Shown piece by piece: positions 8,384 to 16,700 of a stretch of DNA of 64,000 nt. The DNA is taken from NCBI GenBank assembly GCA_018268855.1, contig JAFDVR010000003.1, forward strand, positions 509 to 64,508. Direction: 5' to 3'. The translations under genes were made by a program, and so were the position numbers. Source of the DNA: Acidobacteriota bacterium. Its GTDB lineage: Bacteria; Acidobacteriota; Terriglobia; Terriglobales; Acidobacteriaceae. The first letter of the stretch is position 1; the number at the start of each line of letters is the position of its first letter. The notes beneath the pieces were generated by a model. It was not told where the DNA came from and ran no database searches. It worked only from the letters and a program-made list of their open reading frames with translations.

Positions 8384-11300
8384 ATGAGGGGATTGGGTGT
8401 GGCGAAGTATTTCGCAATGGTTGTTCTTTTCTTCACCGCTTTCACTCTGGCCGCAATGGCGCAGGGACGTGCGACGGTCTATGGCACGGTGACCGATCCT
8501 ACGGGCGCTGTGGTTCCTGGAGCGCAGGTGACCTTGACGAACCTGGGCACGCAGCAGACCCAGCATGCGGTAAGTGCGAGTGATGGCAGTTATGTGATTC
8601 CCTCTGTGCTGGCGTCGCGCTATTCGCTAAAGGTGGAAGCGCAGGGATTTGAATCGTTCCTCGCGAAGGACCTTGTGGTGCAGGTAGATGAGAACCGCCT
8701 GATTCCGGTGCAGCTTGGCGTTGGCGCGGTGGGACAGGAAGTGGTGGTGACGGACACTCCCGTGCAGGTGGATACGCGTGAAGGAACACTGACGCAGGTG
8801 ATCGATGCGGAGCGCGTGAAAGACCTTCCGCTGAATGGACGCAATCCGCTTGATCTTCAGTTTCTGGTGGCAGGCGCCGGCAATTCCACAAACTTATCGG
8901 GACAGCAGCAAAACGCGCTCGTTTCGTTCAACGGCGGACGATACAACACGAACAACTACACGCTGGATGGTGTGGACAACGAAGATCCATTCTTCGATTC
9001 GCCTTCGGTGGTGCCGAACCCGGATGCGCTGGACCAGTTCAGCATTAAGACAAGCAACTATGGAGCGCAGGAAGGCCGCAGCTCAGGCGCGCAGATTAAC
9101 GCAATCATCAAATCGGGCACGAACAAGTTTCATGGATCGTTGTTTGAATATCTGCGTAACGAAGTGTTGGATGCTAAACCGTATTTGTCCGATACTGTGG
9201 CCCCTTATCGGAGGAACCAGTTTGGCGGATCGATTGGCGGACCGATTCTTCGAGACAAGCTGTTCTTCTTCTTTTCGTATCAAGGAACGCGAACCGTAGC
9301 GAACCCGAACGCCATTACGTTGATTGTGCCGAGTGCGGCAGAGCGTGCGGGCAATTTTGCGGAACTGTGTCCTGCGGGCTTCGACGCTTCCGGGACCTGC
9401 AAATCCACCGCAAAGCCGAATAAGCAACTGACGCTTCCGGGGACGAAGACGAAGGCCCCGTTCAACAACCTGGCTACTTATGTTTATCCCGGCTCGGTCA
9501 ATTTCATGAATGCGCTGGTCCCGGCGGCGAACGGCGCTGGAAACAACTACACCTATACGCCGCATACGCATGCGGCCGACGACCAGTACATTACGCGTGT
9601 CGATGCCAGACTAGGCGAGCGCGATACGATCTTTGGGCACCTCATCTATGTTCCAACGAACAATATCAACGACCAGACACCTGCGCTGAACCTTCCGGGA
9701 TTTTTACAGGACATCAAGTACACGAACTGGCACGTTGCCATCAATGAAACGCACACTTTCAGTCCTCACCTGATTAATGTGGCGACGTTTGGATACAACA
9801 ATATCGTTCGCCATCAGAGCCCAATCGTTCCTGGCGATGCGAGCTGGAGTGGATTCGGTTCAGGCATTGTGAAGGCGGACGCGTCGGGGCCGAAGGGTTT
9901 TGATACGAAGGTGCCAACGTACTTCAATGCGTTTGCAGCATGGCCGCTGGACCAGTTCCGGCACGAGTATCAGTATTCCGACATGCTGTCGTGGACACAC
10001 GGCAAGCACACGATCACAACGGGCTTCGATGTCCGGCAGAACTATACGTATCAAAACCAATATTTCCAAGGCGACGGGCAGGTGCTGTTTGCGGCAAGTT
10101 ATACGGGAGACCAGTTAGCGGATTTTGTGACGGGACGTCCAAACTCGATCACGCAGGGATCGAGCAATGCGGGACGTCCGCGCAACGTGGTCCCGAATGT
10201 GTACCTCCAGGACGACTGGAAGGCCACGCCACGATTAACTCTGAACCTGGGTGTCCGATGGGAACCGTTTGTTGCGGCGCATGATGACTTTGGCCGTGTG
10301 TCCACCTTTCGTTTAGGACAGCAATCGACGGTGCTGCCCAACGCTCCCGCGGGCGTACTTTTTCCGGGCGATGCGGGCATGCCGAAGGACGGGATTGCGG
10401 ACAAGTGGAACCATTTCTCTCCACGCGTAGGGTTTGCGTTGGATGTGTTTGGAAACGGCAAAACAAGCCTGCGCGGCGGCTTCGGTTTGTATTACTCGGA
10501 CATCAATACACAGGCATATAACTCCGAGTCGTTGAACCAGCCGTATGCGTATAAATTGACGATCAACAAACCGGCGGGCGGACTTGCGAATCCGTATGGA
10601 GCGGGCGGGTCGCCTTATCCGTATGTTGCGCCAGACCCGAGCCAGTATTCTTCTTACCAGTTCACGCTGCCTGTGACGATCCAGGGCTTCGATCCTGATT
10701 TTCAGGTAGGACGTGTGGAACAGTGGAACATCAACGTGCAGCAGCAGTTGCCGTGGAAGATGATCAGCACGATTGCTTATGTGGGCACGAACGGTGAACA
10801 CCTGATTCTGACCTACGATGCGAACCCCGGTGTGTACAGCCTGGGGGGCAAACGGCAGTATGCTCCTACCTTCGACATGATTCAGCAATTCAACTCTGAA
10901 GGACACTCCAACTATCACTCGTTGCAGATGACGCTGAATAAGCGTCTGAGCCATGGCATTACCCTGATGGCGAACTATACGTGGTCGAAGGCGTTGGACA
11001 ACATTACAGCGCAGAACACAAAGATGACGAACCCATTCGACTTCAGCGACAGCCGTGGTTTGTCTGACGTGGATCTGCGGCATGTGTTTGTGATGTCTGG
11101 CATCTGGAGAATGCCTTCGCTGCGCAACCATTTTGTAAATGCCGTGCTGGGTGGATGGGAGTTGAATGGTATCTGGTCCATCCAGTCAGGCTCGCCGTTT
11201 ACGGTGATGTCGGGCGCGGACAATTCCAAGAGCCTGCAGAACCAGGACCGCGCGGACCAGATTGGGATCGCCCGTACGTATCCAAACAGACCGCGTGCGC

Positions 11301-11599
11301 AACAGATGGATGAATATTTCGATACCTCTGCCTTCACGGCAAATGCCCCTGGGACGTTTGGAACGGCGCGCCGCAATTCCCTGATCGGTCCGGGGCAGGA
11401 CCGGGTGACCCTGGGTCTGGTGAAGCGACTGGTTACGGTCGAGCAGGCACGGCTGCTGTTCCGCGCGGAGTTCTTCAATGCCTTCAATCATCCGACGTTG
11501 AATAACCCGACGGCGAATGTGTCGTCCGCACAGTTTGGAAAGATCAACGGAGCAGGCGATCCGCGCGTGGGACAGGTGGCCTTGCGCGTAGAGTTCTAG
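8384..11599 (+). CDS. TonB-dependent-receptor-like outer membrane protein with carboxypeptidase-regulatory-like domain
   Basis: Tracked ORF is 8357..11599. I prefer the ATG at 8384 (MRGLGVAKY...) because GGAGG sits at 8374-8378. Signal peptide ...FTLAAMAQG. CarboxypepD_reg-like start (GTVTDPTGAVVPGAQVTLTN). Plug-like VKDLPLNGRN. C-terminal ALRVEF. Confidence 0.8.
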   Translation: MRGLGVAKYFAMVVLFFTAFTLAAMAQGRATVYGTVTDPTGAVVPGAQVTLTNLGTQQTQHAVSASDGSYVIPSVLASRYSLKVEAQGFESFLAKDLVVQVDENRLIPVQLGVGAVGQEVVVTDTPVQVDTREGTLTQVIDAERVKDLPLNGRNPLDLQFLVAGAGNSTNLSGQQQNALVSFNGGRYNTNNYTLDGVDNEDPFFDSPSVVPNPDALDQFSIKTSNYGAQEGRSSGAQINAIIKSGTNKFHGSLFEYLRNEVLDAKPYLSDTVAPYRRNQFGGSIGGPILRDKLFFFFSYQGTRTVANPNAITLIVPSAAERAGNFAELCPAGFDASGTCKSTAKPNKQLTLPGTKTKAPFNNLATYVYPGSVNFMNALVPAANGAGNNYTYTPHTHAADDQYITRVDARLGERDTIFGHLIYVPTNNINDQTPALNLPGFLQDIKYTNWHVAINETHTFSPHLINVATFGYNNIVRHQSPIVPGDASWSGFGSGIVKADASGPKGFDTKVPTYFNAFAAWPLDQFRHEYQYSDMLSWTHGKHTITTGFDVRQNYTYQNQYFQGDGQVLFAASYTGDQLADFVTGRPNSITQGSSNAGRPRNVVPNVYLQDDWKATPRLTLNLGVRWEPFVAAHDDFGRVSTFRLGQQSTVLPNAPAGVLFPGDAGMPKDGIADKWNHFSPRVGFALDVFGNGKTSLRGGFGLYYSDINTQAYNSESLNQPYAYKLTINKPAGGLANPYGAGGSPYPYVAPDPSQYSSYQFTLPVTIQGFDPDFQVGRVEQWNINVQQQLPWKMISTIAYVGTNGEHLILTYDANPGVYSLGGKRQYAPTFDMIQQFNSEGHSNYHSLQMTLNKRLSHGITLMANYTWSKALDNITAQNTKMTNPFDFSDSRGLSDVDLRHVFVMSGIWRMPSLRNHFVNAVLGGWELNGIWSIQSGSPFTVMSGADNSKSLQNQDRADQIGIARTYPNRPRAQQMDEYFDTSAFTANAPGTFGTARRNSLIGPGQDRVTLGLVKRLVTVEQARLLFRAEFFNAFNHPTLNNPTANVSSAQFGKINGAGDPRVGQVALRVEF

Positions 11600-11674
11600 G
11601 TGCTGCGGTGCTGCGCGCACGGCGGTACTGCGCGTACGGCGGATTGCTTTGCGTGGCGCTTCCGTTGGTCGCGA
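11600..11674 (+). repeat. Family-A repeat, full 75-nt copy starting directly after the TAG stop
   Basis: GTGCTGCGGTGCTGCGCGCACGGCGGTACTGCGCGTACGGCGGATTGCTTTGCGTGGCGCTTCCGTTGGTCGCGA. Same length as the copy at 35398-35472 and nearly identical to it. Confidence 0.85.
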
Positions 11675-11692
11675 GGAGAGTGTGATCGAAGG

Positions 11693-11757
11693 CCAGGGCT
11701 AAAGCCCTTGTTTGTTTTGCGGTGGGGACAGCGGGCTGAAGCCCGCTTCTAATCCGG
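11693..11757 (+). repeat. Family-B-related repeat (CCAGGGCTAAAGCCC...GCGGGCTGAAGCCCGC)
   Basis: Near-identical copy at 39363-39425. Contains short GGGCT-loop-AGCCC hairpins. Confidence 0.75.
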
Positions 11758-11798
11758 TTGCGCTGGTGCTGGGATAGGTTTTGGGTGGCGCGATAGGG

Positions 11799-11892
11799 AG
11801 TAAGACTCGATTGAGATTCTCTCTCCCTCAGGGGCTGAAGCCCGGTTTCTCTGCTGTTGTAATGGCTGGGCTGAAGCCCAGCCCCTTCAAAG
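11799..11892 (+). repeat. Family-B repeat, long form
   Basis: AGTAAGACTCGATTGAGATTCTC...CCCTCAGGGGCTGAAGCCCGG...GGCTGGGCTGAAGCCCAGCCCCTTCAAAG. The long form recurs at 26444-26535. Core copies at 41675, 48369 and inverted at 48582. Confidence 0.85.
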
Positions 11893-12129
11893 CAGGCCGA
11901 TGTCTGCTGAGCTCAAGCTCAGCCCTTCTAAAACAGACGGGACTTCGATTCGTTAATGTGTCTGAGCCGATCTGCTCAAACAAGCTAGCTCTCATTCGGA
12001 AAAGGCCAGAGACAGATGCCATCGCCCGTCGCGTTCCAGCGGGCGGCTGGAGTGTTTGTTTTCATGTTAATTCGCGGATTAGTAACTGCCTTGATTCCGG
12101 TGGAGCGGCGGTTGCATGTGCGGGTGTAA

Positions 12130-12918
12130 GTGCGTGAAGGGCAATTACTTCTATTCGTGAGCAGCTTTGCACATGGACGTGCGAGACTGGTTAACGTGAT
12201 TGCTGCGACCCGCTTTGAATACCGTTTCCGCTATATGCTGCACGGCCTGATCTTTGTGTTGGGCTTTACTGCGCCATGGGAACGGGGCTGGATGCAGGTG
12301 GGGCAGCACACGGTCTGGGTCCAGGCTGCGTCGTATCTTTACCGGCACGGAATGGACTTTGCCGCGTCGACGAATGCCGTACTGATTTTAGCTACGCTGA
12401 TTGCGCTTGCCAGTGCTGCGTTGCGGGTATGGGCGGCGGCTTATCTGGGTGCTTCGGTGGTGCACCGCGAAAGCATGGCGGCGGACCGCGTAGTTGCCGA
12501 CGGGCCGTATCGCTACATGCGCAACCCGCTGTATCTCGGCACCGTGTTGTTTTCGCTGGCGGTGGCTGCGCTGATGCATCCGTCGGGCGCTGCGGTGACG
12601 GTGATTCTGATTGTGGTGTTGCAGCTTCGCCTGATTGCGCGCGAGGAACCTTTCCTGAAGCAGACCCTGGGCCCGGCGTACACCGAATACTGCGCGCAGG
12701 TGCCGCGCATCCTTCCGCGATGGAAGTCGCGGATTGCGCCCGGAGGCACCCGTCCCCACTGGGCGAGCGCGTTTCTGGGCGAAATTCTATTTATAGGCAC
12801 AGCCGTTTCGTTCCTCGTCCTCGGCTGGAAGTACGATGCTGTACTGATTCTGCAGGGAATTCTTGTATCGCTTGGTTTGGGCATCGTGGCGAGAGCGTTT
12901 ATCCCGCAGCGCGGCTAG
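12130..12918 (+). CDS. Isoprenylcysteine carboxyl methyltransferase (ICMT)/phospholipid methyltransferase family membrane protein
   Basis: Multi-pass hydrophobic ORF with the family motif DGPYRYMRNPLYLG...AREEPFLKQTLGPAYTEYCAQVPR. Start uncertain: GTG at 12130 or in-frame ATG at 12235. Confidence 0.72.
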   Translation: MREGQLLLFVSSFAHGRARLVNVIAATRFEYRFRYMLHGLIFVLGFTAPWERGWMQVGQHTVWVQAASYLYRHGMDFAASTNAVLILATLIALASAALRVWAAAYLGASVVHRESMAADRVVADGPYRYMRNPLYLGTVLFSLAVAALMHPSGAAVTVILIVVLQLRLIAREEPFLKQTLGPAYTEYCAQVPRILPRWKSRIAPGGTRPHWASAFLGEILFIGTAVSFLVLGWKYDAVLILQGILVSLGLGIVARAFIPQRG

Positions 12919-13085
12919 TGCTGCGTAGAGGGTGGGACGACGCGCTTTCAGGTGTGTCTTTGGTGAGCAGGGAGTACCGATGCTCCCGTTAAGCGAAATG
13001 ATGGTTGCGCCAAAAAAGAACGACGGTGCACCATCTGCCACAATTTAATTGAACTTTTGGGCTCATGCCGGCGTAGCATCCGTGC

Positions 13086-13802
13086 ATGCTGGTCTATGTG
13101 ATTGCGATTGCTGGCGGTTGTTTTCTTCTGGAGCGATTGATTCCCGGATGGCCGTTGCCGCGTGTAAAGAACTGGCCTGTTCGTGTAATTCTTGTGAACC
13201 TGGTGCAGTTGGGTGTGGTGATGCTTGCAGGAGTTACGTGGGAGCGCTGGTTGTCTTCTGCATCCCTGTTCCATCTGCGCGATCATCTTTCTCCCGCGGC
13301 AGGCGGTATGATCGCTTACTTTATTGCGACTTTCATCTTCTACTGGTGGCATAGATGGCGCCACCGCTACGATTTTCTTTGGAGAACTTTCCATCAGATT
13401 CACCATAGTCCCCAACGGATTGAAGTGATTACTTCGTTCTACAAACATCCTGTGGAGATGATTGTGAATTCGATCATTGGGAGTCTATTGGTTTATTCCT
13501 TACTTGGCCTAAGTCTCAAGGGCGGCGCTATCTATACAGCATGTACAGCGCTGGGAGAGTTTTTCTATCACACAAATGTGAAGACACCGCGCTGGGTCGG
13601 CTTTATCTTCCAAAGGCCGGAGATGCATCGCATCCATCACGAATATGGTTGCCATCGCAACAACTATGGCGACATTGTGTGGTGGGACATGTTGTTTGGG
13701 ACGTATTCGAATCCGAAAGAATTCAACACATCCTGCGGTTTTGATGACGAAAAGGAACAAAGGCTTAGGGAGATGCTGGCCTTCGGCGATGTTCATAAGT
13801 AG
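13086..13802 (+). CDS. Fatty acid hydroxylase / sterol desaturase superfamily membrane protein
   Basis: 238-aa ORF with histidine boxes HRWRH, HQIHH and HRIHHEYGCHRNNYGD. Confidence 0.75.
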   Translation: MLVYVIAIAGGCFLLERLIPGWPLPRVKNWPVRVILVNLVQLGVVMLAGVTWERWLSSASLFHLRDHLSPAAGGMIAYFIATFIFYWWHRWRHRYDFLWRTFHQIHHSPQRIEVITSFYKHPVEMIVNSIIGSLLVYSLLGLSLKGGAIYTACTALGEFFYHTNVKTPRWVGFIFQRPEMHRIHHEYGCHRNNYGDIVWWDMLFGTYSNPKEFNTSCGFDDEKEQRLREMLAFGDVHK

Positions 13803-13832
13803 CGGCTCGATTGCTACTCTTAATGGCATCGT

Positions 13833-14369
13833 ATGCAGTCCACTGTTCTTGCTGTTCACCAATCCACGCGTCACCATTTCAGCAAAGAGCCGCAGCTTGC
13901 GGTGCATTTGGTGGCGGGCATCGGCGTGGAGGGAGATGCGCATGCGGGCACGACCGTGCAGCATCTCTACCAAAAGCGCAAAGACCCTTCGCGGCCTAAC
14001 CTGCGGCAGGTGCACCTCATCCATAGCGAACTCTTTGCGATGTTGCAGCAGCGTGGGTTCGATGTGCAGCCGGGACAGCTAGGGGAGAACATCACAACGC
14101 GCGGCATCGATCTGTTGCACTTGCCCGAAGGCACGGAATTGCATCTTGGCGGGAGCGCGATGGTGCGGCTTACCGGATTGCGCACTCCATGCGTATTGAT
14201 CGACCGCTTCTGCCCAGGACTGATGAAGGAACTGATCGCGGATGCGACGGCGAAGAAGTATCTCGCAGGCGTGATGTCGGTAGTGATTGCGAGTGGCGAG
14301 GTGCGGCCGGGAGATGAGATCAGGGTTGTGCTGCCTGAAGGTACCGTTCGTGGGCTGGCGCCGATCTAA
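13833..14369 (+). CDS. MOSC domain-containing protein
   Basis: 178-aa ORF. ...HLVAGIGVEGDAHAG...GQLGENITTRGIDL... is typical of YiiM-like MOSC proteins. Confidence 0.72.
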   Translation: MQSTVLAVHQSTRHHFSKEPQLAVHLVAGIGVEGDAHAGTTVQHLYQKRKDPSRPNLRQVHLIHSELFAMLQQRGFDVQPGQLGENITTRGIDLLHLPEGTELHLGGSAMVRLTGLRTPCVLIDRFCPGLMKELIADATAKKYLAGVMSVVIASGEVRPGDEIRVVLPEGTVRGLAPI

Positions 14370-14430
14370 GGATTGACTACGGTGCAGGTGATGCCTTTCG
14401 GCATGCGAGCAAATAGATTTCTGATCTCAA

Positions 14431-14715
14431 CTATTTTGCGAAGAGATCACTATGACTGCCTAACCGGGCGAGGTACAGCAGAGCATTATCTGTCTTCTTA
14501 TAGATAAGAAGGAGATCGGGCTTGAGATGACACTCGCGATATCCATTCCAATGACCAAGAAGTGCGTGGTCGCGAAAACGAATCTCAAGTTCGCGGTCTT
14601 CTGCCAAGGCCTGAACGATCTGCTCAAAAAGAGGTTCGACGTCGCGGTAGCGTGAATTCTTAAGAGTTCGGCGAAAGTCTTTTCGGAATACCGCAGAAGT
14701 CTCAATCTCTCTCAT
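14431..14715 (-). CDS. yafQ: Type II toxin, YafQ/RelE family mRNA interferase
   Basis: 94-aa ORF with ...DHALLGHWNGYRECHLKPDLLLIYK... Overlaps the upstream antitoxin gene by 14 nt. Confidence 0.8.
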   Translation of the reverse strand: MREIETSAVFRKDFRRTLKNSRYRDVEPLFEQIVQALAEDRELEIRFRDHALLGHWNGYRECHLKPDLLLIYKKTDNALLYLARLGSHSDLFAK

Positions 14716-14974
14716 GCAATTGCTTCATCAGGGTGCTAATCGAATGCGCTCTCCGGCCCTTCCGGCTCTCAAGCTCCTTGATTGAATCAACCGTGCTCTT
14801 ACTCGGTCTTTTGATTTCAAATGGAAACGAACCATCCTGAGCTGTGCGTGTGAGCATGATACGGACTGCATCGCTGAGAGTGAGGCCGCAATCCTCCAAT
14901 ACCGCCGATGCGGCTTCTTTCACCGATTGATCGATGCGTGCGCGAACGACAGCATTGGTTGCCATGACAGACAC
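14702..14974 (-). CDS. dinJ: Type II antitoxin, DinJ/RelB family
   Basis: 90-aa ORF: NAVVRARIDQSVKEAASAVLEDCGLTLSDAVRIMLTRTAQDGSFPFE (ribbon-helix-helix DinJ pattern). Lies upstream of yafQ. Confidence 0.8.
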   Translation of the reverse strand: MSVMATNAVVRARIDQSVKEAASAVLEDCGLTLSDAVRIMLTRTAQDGSFPFEIKRPSKSTVDSIKELESRKGRRAHSISTLMKQLHERD

Positions 14975-14980
14975 CTCGTA

Positions 14981-14993
14981 GCTACATTGTAGC
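14981..14993. promoter_or_regulatory. Palindrome GCTACATTGTAGC upstream of dinJ (candidate operator)
   Basis: 13-bp palindrome 7 bp upstream of the dinJ ORF start. A further GCTACAATG half-site lies at 15002-15010. Operator role is inferred from the usual autoregulation of type II TA operons. Confidence 0.4.
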
Positions 14994-15073
14994 CCAATGT
15001 GGCTACAATGCTATTTGTATGCTGGCGTGCCACAGGATGGCGACAGGTACTCTGGGTACTCAAGGAGATATTC

Positions 15074-15385
15074 GTGGAGAACAGTAAAGCTACGTTCGTT
15101 GTGATTGCAGAGTTCAAGGTGCCTGCCCGGAGCCGCGAGGAGTTTTTGGAGCTAAGCCGTTTTGACAGTGAACGCTCGCTTGCAGAGGAGGCAGGATGCA
15201 GGCAGTTTGATGTGAGCACGGGCGAAGAGGCGCAGGACATTGTGGTCTTTTACGAGGTGTACGACGACCGCGCTGCCTTTGATGTGCATACGACGATGCC
15301 TCACTTCGCGACGTTCTCTGAGGGGTTGCAGCGGCTTGGCGTGGAGACGGTAGGTGTGCGGTTCTTCCATCGCCTGTATGCCTGA
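15074..15385 (+). CDS. Antibiotic biosynthesis monooxygenase (ABM) domain protein
   Basis: Tracked ORF is 14999..15385. The GTG at 15074 follows AAGGAGA (15062-15068). ATFVVIAEFKVPARSREEFLEL...VVFYEVYDDRAAFDVHTTMPHF fits the ABM fold pattern. Confidence 0.65.
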   Translation: MENSKATFVVIAEFKVPARSREEFLELSRFDSERSLAEEAGCRQFDVSTGEEAQDIVVFYEVYDDRAAFDVHTTMPHFATFSEGLQRLGVETVGVRFFHRLYA

Positions 15386-15486
15386 GTGAAGCTTCGCGAG
15401 AATTTTCCGGTCCGCGCGAGATCGGGATGATCGAACATGGGCGCCACACCAGGGCCGCGCTCACGTTCCGGTCAAAGAAAACGGCC

Positions 15487-16503
15487 TCAGTAGGCCTTCT
15501 TGCCTTCCGAATCAACCGGCGTGCCTGTGTCCACAATGTCGAAGTCATCCATCCGGACGGCAATCAGCTTTTGCAGATCGTCGAAGTTCCAGCGCGGGTC
15601 GTTGTCCGCCGTGATGAAGCCGGTTTGGCCGTTGTCCGCAACTACCGCGCCGTAGGTTTTCAGCGCGTTGAGGATCGCCCGGTTGGTCGGAGAGAAGCCC
15701 GACACGTCGAAATCGGCACGCAGCCGCAGCCGCGCTCCCATCACCACCGCCGTGCTCCAGTTGTTTCCCGCCGCGTGGCTCGCTGGCGCAACGTAGTAGC
15801 CGTTGTTGGCGTTCGCGCGGGTGAGGTTGAACGTGATGCGCAGCGCATGGTCGATGGTGCCAGTGGAGGCCTCTGCGTAGCGCAGCAGCAAAGGGAGCAT
15901 GGGCAGTCCTGCCGCGTCCGCCGATGTCCACGAATTCTTGCGCGCAGTGGTCTTCTTCGGTCCAAGCCAGCGGGTGTACTGCGATGCGGTGTAGTTGCCG
16001 TTCGCGTCCACCGACACATTGGCGAACTCATGCAGCATGCCCGTGCCCTGGTCGAAGACGAGGCAATGGTTGTCGGTTCCACCCTCAATCTTGCAGCCAC
16101 CGATCGGCAGCACGGTGCCAGTAGAAGCGTCTGATTCGCCCGCAAATTCCGTCAGCTTCACCCGCTTGAGGATGGTTGGGTTGGTCAGCGAGTTGCTGAG
16201 CGTTGTTGGCATGCTCGCGTCGATCTTGAGCCGGGCCGGGCCGAACATGGCCTTGAAGTTGCCGTTGACAGTCGGCTGGCCGTTGTTCGGCGTCATTGTG
16301 TGCGTGTTGATAGGCAACGCCGTGATGGGCTGCATCAGCGGGTAGCTCGACGGGAACAGATCGTGCAGCGGATCGCTGCTCGACACAACTGGAGGCGGAG
16401 TGACCGTGAGCGCCGATTGCGTCGCGCGTGAACCGGTCGTCGTATGCGTCTGCGCGAACAAGGCCGCAGCACTGAACATCAGGAAGGAAATCATCTTGCA
16501 CAT
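15487..16503 (-). CDS. Secreted hypothetical protein
   Basis: 338-aa ORF with signal peptide MCKMISFLMFSAAALFAQ. Ordinary, non-repetitive composition. No family recognised. Confidence 0.5.
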   Translation of the reverse strand: MCKMISFLMFSAAALFAQTHTTTGSRATQSALTVTPPPVVSSSDPLHDLFPSSYPLMQPITALPINTHTMTPNNGQPTVNGNFKAMFGPARLKIDASMPTTLSNSLTNPTILKRVKLTEFAGESDASTGTVLPIGGCKIEGGTDNHCLVFDQGTGMLHEFANVSVDANGNYTASQYTRWLGPKKTTARKNSWTSADAAGLPMLPLLLRYAEASTGTIDHALRITFNLTRANANNGYYVAPASHAAGNNWSTAVVMGARLRLRADFDVSGFSPTNRAILNALKTYGAVVADNGQTGFITADNDPRWNFDDLQKLIAVRMDDFDIVDTGTPVDSEGKKAY

Positions 16504-16700
16504 TGCTTACTTCACCTCCATGGTGGACGCTTGCTGCGTCCATATGTTGTCTCCGCTCGCTGCACCGTCAGCGCCAAAGCGAACACTCATCGTGTGGCTC
16601 GTTGTGCTGTCACAACGTAACACGTGCAGCCCAGGTGTGAGTGCAGAAAAGAGAATGGCCGCACATGCGCGGCCATTCTCTTTCAAAGTGTGGAAGACCG

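Noticed and set aside
12276-12992. 238-aa ORF overlapping the ICMT-family gene in another frame. Similar alternative-frame ORFs occur in the receptor genes (for example 8499-8891 and 10313-11131).
   Set aside because: The composition is Gly/Arg/Ala/Cys-rich. The overlapping frame contains clear family motifs (RNPLYLG…EEPFL).
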